A stretch of DNA of 64,000 bases from the human T2T-CHM13v2.0 reference genome, Homo sapiens, in NCBI RefSeq assembly GCF_009914755.1, contig NC_060933.1; one strand, given 5' to 3'. The notes under the pieces were generated by a model. The model had not been told where the DNA came from. It did no database searches and was given only the letters and a program-made list of their open reading frames with translations. Positions 27,184-41,799 of this stretch are shown piece after piece. The translations under genes were made by a program, and so were the position numbers. Position 1 is the first letter of the stretch, and every line of letters starts with the position of its first letter.

Positions 27184-29528
27184 TTATTGTACATTGTCTT
27201 CCATGTACTCTCCTGCACTTACCAAATTTTCTTCAGTGAACATAGACTTATTTTATATTTAGAAAAAAGCAATAAACATTTACACCAAAAAAAACCTCTC
27301 AGCATTCACAGACAATCAAAACAACCTGTAGAAATACCACTAACAGTATCTTTGAAAGCCAAACCATCACACTATTCTTTGTATTGCAGTTACCCAGAAT
27401 GCCACAGAGATTTTCATATGAAGGAGACTGGTTGCTTTCTTTTTTTTTTCTTTTCCTTTTCAGGTCCATATTGCTTTATCTGAGCATACTGCAAAGTGTC
27501 CTAAAAGCCATATGGGAGATAGACTTCTTCGCAGCTGCGAAGGAAACATTTGCAGAACAGAAAACACCAGAAATCACAATACATTCTTAGTCATAGTAAA
27601 ATGGAACGCACGCGAAATATTGAAAACATGGAGTGGAGATTTCATTTTTAAATATTTTAATTACCAGAACAGAGCTGTTTGATTCTATTTCAGAGCTCGG
27701 TAGATGAGCAGCAGCGGGGTGGGGGTGGCGGCGGCGGGGCCAGGGAGGGGAAATGGAGGAAAAAGAACAACAGCCACTCGGAGTGAAAACAATCATCAGT
27801 TAACAAATGGCAAAGAGAAATTAAGTCTTTCTAGCTGAACCGTGTTTTGTTTCTTACAGAAGTTTTACTGCTGTAAAATGTGGCACGTTTTGTACTGTAT
27901 GTTCTCTCGGAAAAGCCAAACAGAAACCAGTCATCATGGTTTCCAGAGAGCAAGGCCTCCCCTTTCTCATGTTTCAACTACGCAGTCTCCACTTGGGCTG
28001 GGGACCGTATCATATATCATAAATCACTCTCTGATAGATATTTGGCAAGCAGTCAGCACCCCAGGCTATGCAACAAACTATAGTATGGAAAATTTTTAAG
28101 GTGGAATCTTGATTTTGTAACTTAAGGACTTAACAGCATCTCAAAACATTTTACTACTTCCTGGTACACACACACAAAAAGCCAAGAAAGCAGAATTCTC
28201 CATATGGTTTTCGGTTTTATAGGATATATACACAATAAGCCATACAACTGTAAACCTGGAGGCGTTCTCTTGCTGTTGTTACTTCAACTCCAGTGAAAAT
28301 GAAAACAAAATTAGAGAGTTTTATCTCAACCTAGCCCCTGAAAGAGTCAAGTCACCAGGAACTTCTAGAATCTGCTTTTTAACTATCCATCCCCCTACAG
28401 TTAACTGTTCCACACCTTCTTAGAAACTAGAGGAGGCAGCAGGACTAGGGGGTTGGGGACAGATTTTATTGTAAGATAATAACATGCTGTCAAAAGTACT
28501 GTCAGGGATTTCAACAGGAAGGCTTATACGTTGACAAGAGTCATAGAAACCCCAGTAGAGTCTTCCTCCTGATTTCAGGCCCAAATCCGAGTGTTTGAGA
28601 GTCCCTGAGCATGCACTCCCACCTTCTCAGATGTTGCAAACTCTTACTCACATGTTCTTCTTCAGGAGCCTCTTTCAACAAATCATGCTTTTCTTTTTTG
28701 AAACTGCAAACTGCATTTAACCCCTAAGTCACATCATCCCAGCCGACACTAGGGGCTGTTGGAATACCGCAGCTCCCAGCAAAGCTACTGCTAAGAAGCC
28801 AGTGAGCCTTTCTGTGCACGGAGGGGTTAAGTCCATGGTATTTGGACGTGCCCAAATGTTCTCAGTGTTCTCGGGCTGAGCAATTCTTAGAAGGGCTAAA
28901 TAGAAACGGGGGAAATGTGGAGTGTGCGGTGTGGTATTGTGCTTTCTGTGAGAAACAATGCATGGAAAAACAAAAGAAAGAAACTGAATAAATCCTTTTT
29001 GAAGTTTAAAATAAACGCTGCTTTTTGGTTGTTGTTGTTTTGGTTGTTCACAAATTACCCATAGTTTGGGCAGGCTAAATATAAAATTTGCAATGTCGTT
29101 TATTTAAAGTGTTTCTGTCCAATCTCAATCAATTTGAAGAAGAAAATTAAAGCCAAATTTAGACAAAATGTATAAGTGGTTATATGTACATATGCTAATT
29201 CAGAAATAACATATATTCTAAGTATATTATGTGTTTCCTTCCCCACTCCACCAACCCCAGTTGTCACTGACCAATTCATTCTTGAGATTCTGTTAATTCC
29301 CATCAATGAAAGTCTCGCGCTTTGTACTGATGAAACTCATAGGCTCACAGGTCACCTCACAGTCACTTGTGACCCCACTTGCAGTTGATCATCAAGTTCC
29401 AGACTGGACCTGCCAACTGCTTCTAAAAGAAAAGAAATTTCTTTCTAAAGGAAGCACTGGAGTACGGTCCTGCCCAAGCCCAGCCAGCCTAACAGTCCTT
29501 CAGTATCTTCATTTCTGCCTCTCTTACA

Positions 29529-29700
29529 TCAATGGTTCTCAGGCTTGGCTGTATATGAGAATCCCCTGGGAAGCTTTTAAAAATTCCAAAGCCCAGGCTA
29601 CATCCCAGACCAATTACATCAGAGTCTCTGTGGGTAAAACAGAGGCATCCGTACTTTGTGCAGCTCCCCAGCAATTCCAGGTGTAGCCATGTTGGTAGCC
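29529..29700. mobile_element. MER5A-like hAT-Charlie MITE
   Basis: caatggttctca..gagaatcccctgggaagcttttaaaaat..cccagaccaattacatcagagtctctg..agctccccag. Confidence 0.8.
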
Positions 29701-29709
29701 ACCCTCCTG

Positions 29710-30410
29710 GCTGGGATTCCTGCATCCAGTCTTGCTCTCCTGTCAGTGGATGATTCTACTAAAACTAAGAGTGAGGTTACTCAAGTAGTATATATGGTCA
29801 TGTTTTCTCCCTGTTTAACAGACCGCAAGGGTTCCTTCCTGCCTACAGAAAAAAATGTCCATATACCTTCCCATAACAGTCAAAGCTTCCTGGCCTCCAT
29901 GTCCCTCTCTATCTTCCTGCCAATCCCTGCCTCCACACTCCCCAATCCTGTCTCATGCAGCCACCTGAACCCCCACATGCACCATTCTCTCACTCACATA
30001 TCCAGGCCTCAGAACGGGCTGCTCCTTCCAGCTAGAAAATTCTCTTTCTCCCTGCCTAGTACATTTCAAATCTAAATTCTCCTCATCTATTTTTGGACCC
30101 AAGTCAGGTGTTTCTTCTTGGGAAATCCTGCTCACCAACACACCCAAGATGTCCAGCTGTCACCAACGCTAGTATGTCCCCAATATCCTAGACTTACCTG
30201 GAGTACAGGTAGAGAAGTTGCCCATGACCACTGGTACTCTTCCCAATTTTGAGTTTACCTATAGTACAGGTAGAGAAACTGTCCATTTACCTGCTTTCAC
30301 TCCCACTAGTTGGTGACCACTTAGGAGCACAGAAGATTCCTTGCCCACCATTGTAACTTTGGTGCCTGGTTCAGCACCCAGCATGTGGTGGGAACACAGA
30401 TTGAGCAAAA
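29710..30410 (+). mobile_element. L2 fragments
   Basis: Pyrimidine-rich L2 body ending ggtgcctggttcagcacccagcatgtggtggga. Confidence 0.55.
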
Positions 30411-30475
30411 GCTGAGTGGTCCCAGCCAGCTGTAAGCATGGAGCTTCACTTTCCAATTCAATCAGGTATACTGTT

Positions 30476-30834
30476 TGTATTAGTCTGTTTTCATGCTGCT
30501 GATAAAGACATACCCGAGACTGGGCAATTTACAAAAGAAAGAGATTTATTAGACTTACAGTTCCACATGGCTGGGGAGGCCTTACAATCATGATGGAAGG
30601 TGAAAGGCACATCTCACATGGTGACAGAGAAGACAAGAGAGGTTGTGCGGGGAAACTCCTTTTTATAAAACCATCAGATCTCATGAGACATATTCACTAT
30701 CATGAGAATAGCATGAGAAAGACCTGTCCCCATGATTCAATTACCTCCCACAGGCTCCCTCCCACAACACGTGGGATTTATGGGAGTTACAATTCAAGAT
30801 GAGATTTGGGTGGGGGCACAGCCAAACCATATCA
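30476..30834 (-). mobile_element. THE1 (THE1B-like) MaLR solo LTR
   Basis: tgtattagtctgttttcatgctgctgataaagacatacccgagactggg ... gagatttgggtggggg..gccaaaccatatca, 359 bp. Confidence 0.93.
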
Positions 30835-31258
30835 TATCCCTGGCAGAGAACACTTCCCTGAATGTTTGAGTCAACATTAACCTATTTTTTCTAAGGTACA
30901 TAGAAGTGTCAACGTTCTGTAGCTCCAATGAACTGGACACTGAGAAGTAGCTGGGAGAAGGTGGAGTTAGATTTGTTGTTAGGAATCAAAGGGTCTTGCA
31001 AGCTACATCCTCAAAAGTGAAAGATTTTTGCTGAATATATCAAGAATCAAATAATTCTAGTTGTTGACAAGACTTCCACAAACTACTTCCTATTTGGTTC
31101 TCACTAAAAAACGAAAATGCCACCAGTTGCAATTGAGCATGGGAAGACATGTAAACCATCAAATCACACTCTGCATTTATGATATCCTTGGGTTCAGCAA
31201 CACTGCATTTATCTGTGGAAGAAGATCGCAGATAAATGCAGGTCTGCCTTCAATTCTG

Positions 31259-31551
<293 letters not shown>

Positions 31552-31747
31552 TCTACCTTCAATTCTGAAAGGCTTACTCAGGGCAGCCACTCCACCTGCC
31601 ATAGCAGCCAAGGAGAGGTGGCTAGACCATAGAAAAGAATGTTCCAAAGTGGCTTACTGAAAGCATAAAGCTAAGTTGATGAGAGACAGTTTTGCACATA
31701 AGGAAGAGAGGAGAGGCCGAGGAGAAAAAAAAAAAAAGCAAAAGGGG

Positions 31748-32172
<425 letters not shown>

Positions 32173-32253
32173 TCAACCTCTAGTAAGTGAGGATCCTTAT
32201 TATTACTTTACACATAAGGAAAATGGGACACAAAGCAGTTAACATACTTGCAG

Positions 32254-32582
32254 GGGCAGGTGCGTTAGCTCATTCCTGTAATCCCAGCACTTTGGAAGGC
32301 TGAGGCAGGAAGATGACTTGAGCCCAAGAGTTCAAGACCAGCCTGAGCAACATAGTGAGACCATGTGTCTACGAAAAATTTAAAAAGTTAGCCAGGCACA
32401 CTGGTGCAAACATATAGTCCCAGCTACTTGGAAGGCTGAGGGAGGGAAGATTACTTGAGCCTGGGAGTTTGATGTTGTCGTGAACTATGATCCTGCCATC
32501 GTACTTCAGCCTGGGCAACAGAGAGAGATACTGTCTCAAAACAAACAAACAAACAACAAAACGAACAACAACAAGAACAAAC
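32254..32582 (+). mobile_element. Alu (AluJ-like) inside a minus-strand MIR
   Basis: Dimer with (AAAC)n tail and flanking acttgcag repeats. MIR core ttttacacataaggaaaatggg upstream. Confidence 0.9.
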
Positions 32583-33589
32583 ACACCACTTGCAGAAGGT
32601 GTGTATCCATTAAGTAACGGATGGAAAGAGGAAAGAAAGAAAGAGGAGTGGGATTCTGAAGAGTGAAAATGTATGAGGATGAGGGGAAAATGAATGTATA
32701 AAGAGAGGAAAGAGGAAGAAAGGCAAGCAAAATAATCCAATACTGTAATTCAAAAGGAAAGATTGCAACACTGACATTTCCCAGTCATTCAGCTATGAAG
32801 GCCCTGTTGCCCTGGGACCATACCGGGCTGGCCCTTCTCTGAGTATAGGGATCTTTCTTAAACACAAGCCCAGAAGGTCATCCACTGTGTGAACAGGTTG
32901 TATTCTTACTCTGTGGAATTTCAGGAACTGCTTCAGAGAAAGAATTTTCCTTCAAGTCCTGACCAATCCTTAGGTAGAATACTGTGGAGGTATAAAATGC
33001 CAGGACATACACAAGGCCAAAGAACCTGTACTTCTTCTTCCGTCCCAGATCTCAACCTAGACTCAGGTGGTCAGGCCGATGTCTCCCCGTTCATCCAACT
33101 GTGACAAAAGGTCTTTCTAACCGCCTCACCCCCACCCAAACAAAAAACATACCACTGGGTGAGCACTGCAACCTGGTTCTCTGGAAATTACAGACCAACT
33201 GTAATGTGTTTTGTCAGCATCCTTGCTTTGGGTTTTTTGGTGTGTGTCTGTCTATCTTTAATGTTAATGTGAGTTTAAGAAACCTCCTACCTTTTCCTCT
33301 TTTCTGAGCACAGAAACTCCTGTTGACACATAGGGGTCAGGGCTATAGAGAAAATCTGGCCAGCTAGCTAAGAGTGATAAATCCAGACTAGGGGTGAACA
33401 GCCCACAAATTTCTCATATTCTTCTTTTTGGTTATCAGCCATCATTTTTCAATAGGTTCACATAACCTCCCAGCCCTAACACACAGAGCTCCAAAACTCC
33501 AGCTCTTGGCTATGGGAATGTTATTAAAACAACAGAAACAAGTTGTAACCAAGTACCAAGTTATATCAAGCATTGTGGAAGCTAATAAT

Positions 33590-33830
33590 AATATTGACTA
33601 TAACTATGATAACAAATAGTATATACCATTCCTTGTTCACAGGTGACTTTCACATATATTGTTTCATTTCATCATCATTAGTAGTCCTGACAAGTAGATG
33701 AGGCAAGTATTTTTCACTGTTGCCTGGATAAACAACCTGAGGTCCAGGCAGGTTAAGAAATGACTAGTGAGGGGAGGACATAGAATTGAAACTTCTAGTC
33801 CTGACCTTGGTCCTCTTTTCACCATATCAT
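33590..33830 (-). mobile_element. MIR fragment
   Basis: ctttcacatatattgtttcatttcatc..cctgaggtccaggcaggttaag. Confidence 0.6.
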
Positions 33831-34221
33831 AGCTTTTAGTATATTCAGCTCTCTCTTGAAATAAAATTTGCCTATCTGCAACTCTCACTTGGTGGTATTA
33901 TTTCTGATCTCTAGATTTAAACAGAAAAAAAAAGTTCCTATTGGTTTGTTTGTGTGTTGCATTTCAAACAGAACTTGAACTGGCTAATACCTTATGTAAT
34001 GGCATCTCTTCTTCAAGCTAAGCATTGTCATTTCTTTCAAGCAGGAAGGTCCAAAGAAGTGAAAAAACAGAGATGTGGAGGAAAGATTCCTAATACACTT
34101 TCCTTCCAGGAGGACTCAGCAGGAACACTCTCTGGCTTCCTGGGCAGCAAATCCAACCAGGAGGATCTTAATTAAGAGTCTTGCTTTAAGTGTATATAGA
34201 TTTAAATTTTAAAAAAGAAAG

Positions 34222-34275
34222 ATATGTGTGTGTGTGTATATATATGTATATATACACACATATATATATATATAT
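34222..34275. repeat. (TG)n/(TA)n compound microsatellite
   Basis: atatgtgtgtgtgtgtatatatatgtatatatacacacatatatatatatata. Confidence 0.9.
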
Positions 34276-34278
34276 TTA

Positions 34279-34681
<403 letters not shown>

Positions 34682-35204
34682 AAAATACCATCATGTACTA
34701 AAGGTGTTTCCCAACTTATTAAAGTGAACTGACCCTTTTAAACCATCCTAGGCTGGCTGATTACTTCCAAACTTCATCTGATCCCTACTCCTTTCCAACT
34801 TTAGAAGATGGTGAGCAAATTATTCTTACTGGTGGTAGTGGCGGATTTAAAAATTATTATTATTATTATTATTCTCATCATTGAATAAGTGGTGACCACA
34901 TATATTTGACTAATTTTTAAGATTGCTTTTATAATTCTTGAAAGTCCCTGTCTCCCATGGATACATCATTTGCTACGCCATGCCAGTATTGTCTCCACAA
35001 ACATATTTTCATTATAATCATTTCCGTTTCAATCCTGCTTGAGAATAGCATTTCCTCATAGTAAGGAACTACCTGGGTTTCCCCTCACATTAGAGAAAAG
35101 TAAACAGACAAGTTACAAGCATGTAGGCAAATGAATTATAGTCAGCCATAACTTCTTCATTATGCCACCATTTAGTGAACTCTTGAGGTTAAGTGCTGTG
35201 CTTA

Positions 35205-35415
35205 TCCATAGGAAAGAGGTAATAGTGAAGCCACGAAGCCCTGGGTTCCAATTTCTCTCTGTCACTTACTAGATTTGATCTTGGTTAAATCACATGATTT
35301 CCCCAGAACTCAGTTTCCTCATCTGGGACACCAGCTTTGCAGAGGTATTGTGAAGACTGAGTAAAATATGAATATTTAAAAGCTGACACAGAGGAAACAA
35401 TAAATATTAGCTTCT
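35205..35415 (+). mobile_element. MIR
   Basis: cctgggttccaat..tctgtcacttactag..ctcagtttcctcatctg. Confidence 0.75.
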
Positions 35416-35487
35416 TGTCCCATTATTCATCTTAGCATCCTCACAAGATGAGCACCCAATTATTTATTTGTTAAATTGCTCTGAGTA

Positions 35488-37849
35488 CAGGCATACGTTG
35501 GAGATTTTTCAGGTTTGGTTTCAGACCACTGTGACGAAGCAAATATCACAATACAGCAAGTCACACAAACGTTTCGGTTTCCCACTGCATAGAAAAGTTA
35601 TGTTTACACTGTACTATATATTAAGTATGCAATGACATTAAGCCCAAAAAAGTAATGCACATAGCTTAACTTAAAAATACTTCATTGATAAATAATGCTA
35701 ATGATCATATGAGCCTTCAGCAAGTTATAATCTTGCTGACGGTGGAGGGTCTTACCTCTACGTTGATGGCTGCTGACTGATCAGTGTGGTGGTTGCTGAA
35801 GGTTGGGATGGCTGCGTCAATTTCTTAAACTAAGACATCACTGAAGTTTGCTACATCAATTGACTCTTCTTTTCGTGAAAGATTCTCTGTAGCTGCTGTG
35901 TTTAAGAGTATTTTACCCACAATAGAACTTCTTTCAAAAGTGGAGTCAATCTTCTCAAACCTTGCCACTACTTTATCAACGAAGTTTATTTCTATCCTAA
36001 ATTCTTTGCTATCATTTCAATAACGTTCACAGCACCTTCACAAGGAGATTTCATGTCAAGAAACCACTTTTTTGCTTATCCATAAGCAACCCCTCATCTG
36101 TTCAGATTTTATCATGAGATTATAGAAATTTAGTAACATCTTCAGGCTTCACTTATAATTCTAGTTATCTTGCTCTTTCCACCACATCTGCAGTTACTTC
36201 CTCTACTAAATTTGTGAGCCCCTCAAAGTCATCCATGAAGACTGACATAAACTTCTTCCAAACTCCTGTTACTGTTGATATTTGGCCTCTTCCCATGAAT
36301 CACCATTGTTCTTAATAGTATCCAGAATGGTGAAGTCTCTCCAGAAGGTTATCCATTTAGTTTGCCCAGATCCATCACAGAACAACTATCCAGGGCAGCT
36401 GTAGCCTTAAAAATCATATTTCTTAAATTATAAGGCTTGAAAGTTGAAATTATTCCTTGATTCATGGGCTGCAGAACGAATGTTGTGTTAGCAGGCGTGA
36501 AACCATTCATCTCTTTGTACATCTCCATCAGAGTTCTTGGCTGAACCCGGTGCATTGTCAAATAAGCAGTAATATTTTAAAAGGAATATTTTCTTTAGGC
36601 AGTAGATCTCAACAGTGGGCTTAAACTATGCAGTAAACCACACTGTAAACATACGCTGTCATCTAAGCTTTGTTGTTCCACTTATAGAGCACAGGCAGAG
36701 TAGATTTAGCATAATAATTAAGGGCCTTATGATTTTTAGAATAGTAAATGAGCATTGGCTTCAATTTAATGTCACCAGTTGCACTGAGCCCCTAAAAAGA
36801 AAGTTAGCCTGTCCCTTGAAGGTAAGCATTGACTTCTCCTCTCTAGTTATGAAAGTCTTAGATGGCATCATCCTGCAAGAGAAGGCTGCTTCATCTACAT
36901 TGAAAATCTGTTGTTTAGTGTAGACACCTTTATTGGTGATCTCAGCTGGATCTTCTAGATAACTTGCTGCAGTTTCTACATCAACACTTGCTGTTTCACT
37001 TTGTACTTTCATATTATGGGGATGGTATCTTTCCTTAAACCTCCTGCACCAATTTCTGTTAGCTTCAAACTTTTCTTCTGCAGCTTCCTTACCTCTCTTG
37101 GCCTTCATAGAATTGAGGAGAGTTAGGGCCTTACTCCGGATTAGGCTTTGGTTTAAGGGAATGCTGTGGCTGGTTTGATCTTCTATCCAGGCCACTACAA
37201 CTCTCCCCATAACAGCAATAAGGCTGTTTTGCTTTCTTATCATCCATGTGTTCACTAGAGTAGCATTTTTAATTTCCTTCAAGAATTTTTCCTTGGCATT
37301 CACCGTTTGGCTAACTTTTTGACACAAAAACCCTAGCTTTCTGCCTGTCTCAGCTTTCAACATGCTGTCCTCACTAAGCTTAAACATTTTTAGCTTTGGT
37401 TTAAAGTGAGAGAGATGTGAGTCTTCCTTTCACTTGAACACTTAGAGGCCATTGTTGTGTTATTAATTGGCCTAATTTCAATATTTTATGTTGTAGGGAA
37501 TATGAAAATCCAGGGAGAGGGAGAAAGATGGAGAGCTGCCAGTCAGTGGAGCAGTCAGGACAGACATATTTATCAATTAAACTCACCATCTTATATAGGT
37601 GTGATTTGTGGTACCCCAAAAGAATTACAATAGTAACATCAGAGATCACCATAACATATAATAATAATAAATTTGAAATACTGCAAGGTTTATCCAAATA
37701 TGACACAGAGACATGAAGTGAGCTCAAGCTGTTGGCAAAATGGTACACAGTAGACTTTCTTGACACGGGGTTGCCACAAACTTCAATTTGTAAAAAATGC
37801 AATATCTGTAAAATATAATAAAGTGAAGTGCAATAAAACAAGGTACCTG
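35488..37849 (-). mobile_element. Tigger1 (pogo-family DNA transposon), near full length, 2362 bp
   Basis: Termini CAGGCATAC.. and ..aggtaCCTG with TA target duplication (35486-35487, 37850-37851). Internal transposase remnants. Confidence 0.95.
36000..37440 (-). pseudogene. Disrupted Tigger1 transposase (TIGD1-like; CENP-B HTH and DDE_1 remnants)
   Basis: ORF 36761-37387 reads KAETGRKLG..VNAKEKFLKEIK..WIEDQTSHSIPLNQSLIRSKAL..QQIFNVDEAAF. ORF 36349-36561 reads PANTT..LQPMNQGIISTFK. The frame is broken between them. Confidence 0.9.
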
Positions 37850-38152
37850 TATATCAAATCTCTGCTTTGAATTTTCTTATCTCTTCATTTTTAAGGAGAA
37901 AAAAATGATTAAAAATTAAGGCCACATGATTCTAGATAGCGTAAGACAATGTGGGGTGGAGAATTATGGGTGGGAGTAGCTGGGGAACAGGTTTGCCCAC
38001 CTTCAAACTCATATTGCAGTTCTAGATATAGGGAGTGGTTTGTTATAATTTTGGAGTATTTTTATTTGTTTTTTGTTTTGTTTTATAAATGGAAGTTATA
38101 AAGCACAAAGTAAAATGAATGACATCAACCAACCTTATGATTCAGAGTTTTT

Positions 38153-39393
<1,241 letters not shown>

Positions 39394-39499
39394 CAGGAGT
39401 TCTTAATAGCTTGAGTGGATCCTCCTTTCCCAGAGATGCATTATATAATTAGCACCAAATATTTAAAACAAAATGCTTCAATTGTTTCTGTTACAGTGC

Positions 39500-39845
39500 G
39501 TTTAAAGTAGTGAAAAATTAGAAACAATGTAACATCCAATAACAGGAGTATGGCTATATAAATTGTAATCGCTCACACAATGGAATGGCACGTCACCATT
39601 ATGAAGCAGACTTGTATTTACTGATACGTGAGTGAAAAATTCAGGATACAAATACACACACAGAGGAAATGGACACTTTTCAGTATATTTATAGGTAAAC
39701 TTGCACAAACTTTCTGGCAGGTTATATAGTAAATTATCTCCTCTGGGTGGTAGCTTTAGGATGATTAAACTTACTTCCCTTTTACTTCTTAGTAAAATAT
39801 ATTGTACTTTCTCAAGAATATTCATTACTTCTGTGATTTAAAAAG
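39500..39845 (+). mobile_element. Ancient L1M 3' fragment
   Basis: aaaaattagaaacaatgtaacatccaataacaggagtatggctatataaattg. Confidence 0.65.
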
Positions 39846-40276
39846 GGAAGGATGAGGCACACAATTACTTTTTAAGAAATTCAGTATTTATCTACAGCCT
39901 CTTCCTCCTGATGGCCACTGCTTTGAAATAAGCTAGCCTGAATTAAATAATCTGAAGGACTCTAATTTGGTCAGCAGCATTTCATTCTCTATCCTAAATA
40001 TATCTTTGGAGTTTTATTAGATAAAAATAAATATTTATTAGATATTGTGAGAGGAAAAATAAATAAACAGTTCCTACCAAACATGAAGTCTAATGAAAAT
40101 TTTGAGTTTTTAATTATTTGCAGTGAATCTGCTTCTAAAGAAAAGATTGCAAAAAGGTCATAGTTTCTAAGGGAAGAATCACGGGAGGGTGGGACTAAGC
40201 AGCTATAAATGGGTGCTGAATAAAGAGACGAACATCTAATCATTTTCATAGTTCTATTACTAAGAAATTGATAACA

Positions 40277-40562
<286 letters not shown>

Positions 40563-41017
40563 AAGAAAATTGATAACAAGAGGCACAGTTAAGCATCACT
40601 AGTAATGCTTTCTCTCTCTGTTGGAATCCCTGATATCTCCTCCATGGTGAGTTGAAGGACTAGAACCCAGTTTGAGCAAGTAGTAGATGGAGATTGTCTT
40701 TGGCTTTAAATTCAGAGAAAGGGAAATGAGTATTTGCCACCAGCTAATAATGGTCTAGGAAACAAGTTAAGTCCCCAGATGTTCACCTAAGGGGATCTGA
40801 TGACCTCCAGGGAAAAGGACATAACAGGGCTGAACTTTTTACAGAGGGTCTGGTTGGTTCCAAGCCTGTGTACATGGAAGGAGCTGGAAACAAAATAGCT
40901 AATCATGGCAGAGTAGGATTCCAAGGAGTCCAAAAGCACCCCACTGAGAAAGCAAGAGAACAGTGCACACTCCTTGGTTGGAATCTTGATTCTACCACTT
41001 AAAGGGGCGACCTACAA

Positions 41018-41750
41018 CAGTATTGCACAACATTGGCCCCCATTCTGGTGCCAGTCTACAAATGCATTACTACTGGACCACAACAAATACAGAAAGTAAA
41101 AGTAAGTATTTAGAAACAATTTGACTTTGCTGCAACATCCAAGACCATGATCAGGCAATAAATCTCCTTGAACAGTGTACAAACTAGCTGGGTTGTTGAA
41201 ATTGCATGATGAATCACATGTGGTATGACATGTGACAACACTTGGCATTTTGTTAGTTCATTAACTGAATGCCAAAAGCATATAAAAATTTGTGGAACAA
41301 AGCATGTATTTACTTTTATAATTTGTTCTTTTGTAACCACTTTCATTTTTAATCAAGCTTATTTTTAAGTTTATGGTTCATCATTATTAGCTAAATTGGG
41401 GAAGTAATATTTATATTTTTATCCTTAATATACTAAAGTTAAGGTGATCTTCAGTGACATTTTGGGGGAAGGAGAGTCAAGAAAAGATCCATTTTTTTCT
41501 GAAAACAGTAGTAGTAAACTAAATAATGATAATAAAGCTGATACTGAGAAAATGAAGACTAAAAGGTTTAAGGCTTGTTTTACTCCAGAGTATGAGTCCT
41601 ATATTGAGTTATTTTGTGTGACACAATTGATGGAGAAGTGGTAAGATCACAGTACAGTATTTACAGGAGATGTACTGGCTAGTAAAGCAATGAAACCAGC
41701 AAACCTTAAGCAGCATTTATATACAAAACATAAAAACATTCAAAACCAAG
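41018..41750 (+). mobile_element. hAT-Charlie element left end with BED-finger transposase remnant (Charlie4-like)
   Basis: Starts CAGT. In-frame YESYIE...GDVLASKAMKPANLKQHLYTKH (41666-41731) resembles the MKPSKLKRHL motif of Charlie/Buster (ZBED5, SCAND3-type) transposases. Confidence 0.75.
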
Positions 41751-41799
41751 CAATTATATTTAAATATAGCCACCTAAAATGTAATAATTACTATCAAAA

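Noticed and set aside
28740-28760. CTCF-like motif gacactaggggctg
   Set aside because: One G short of the core and mismatched at the 5' end; too weak without data.
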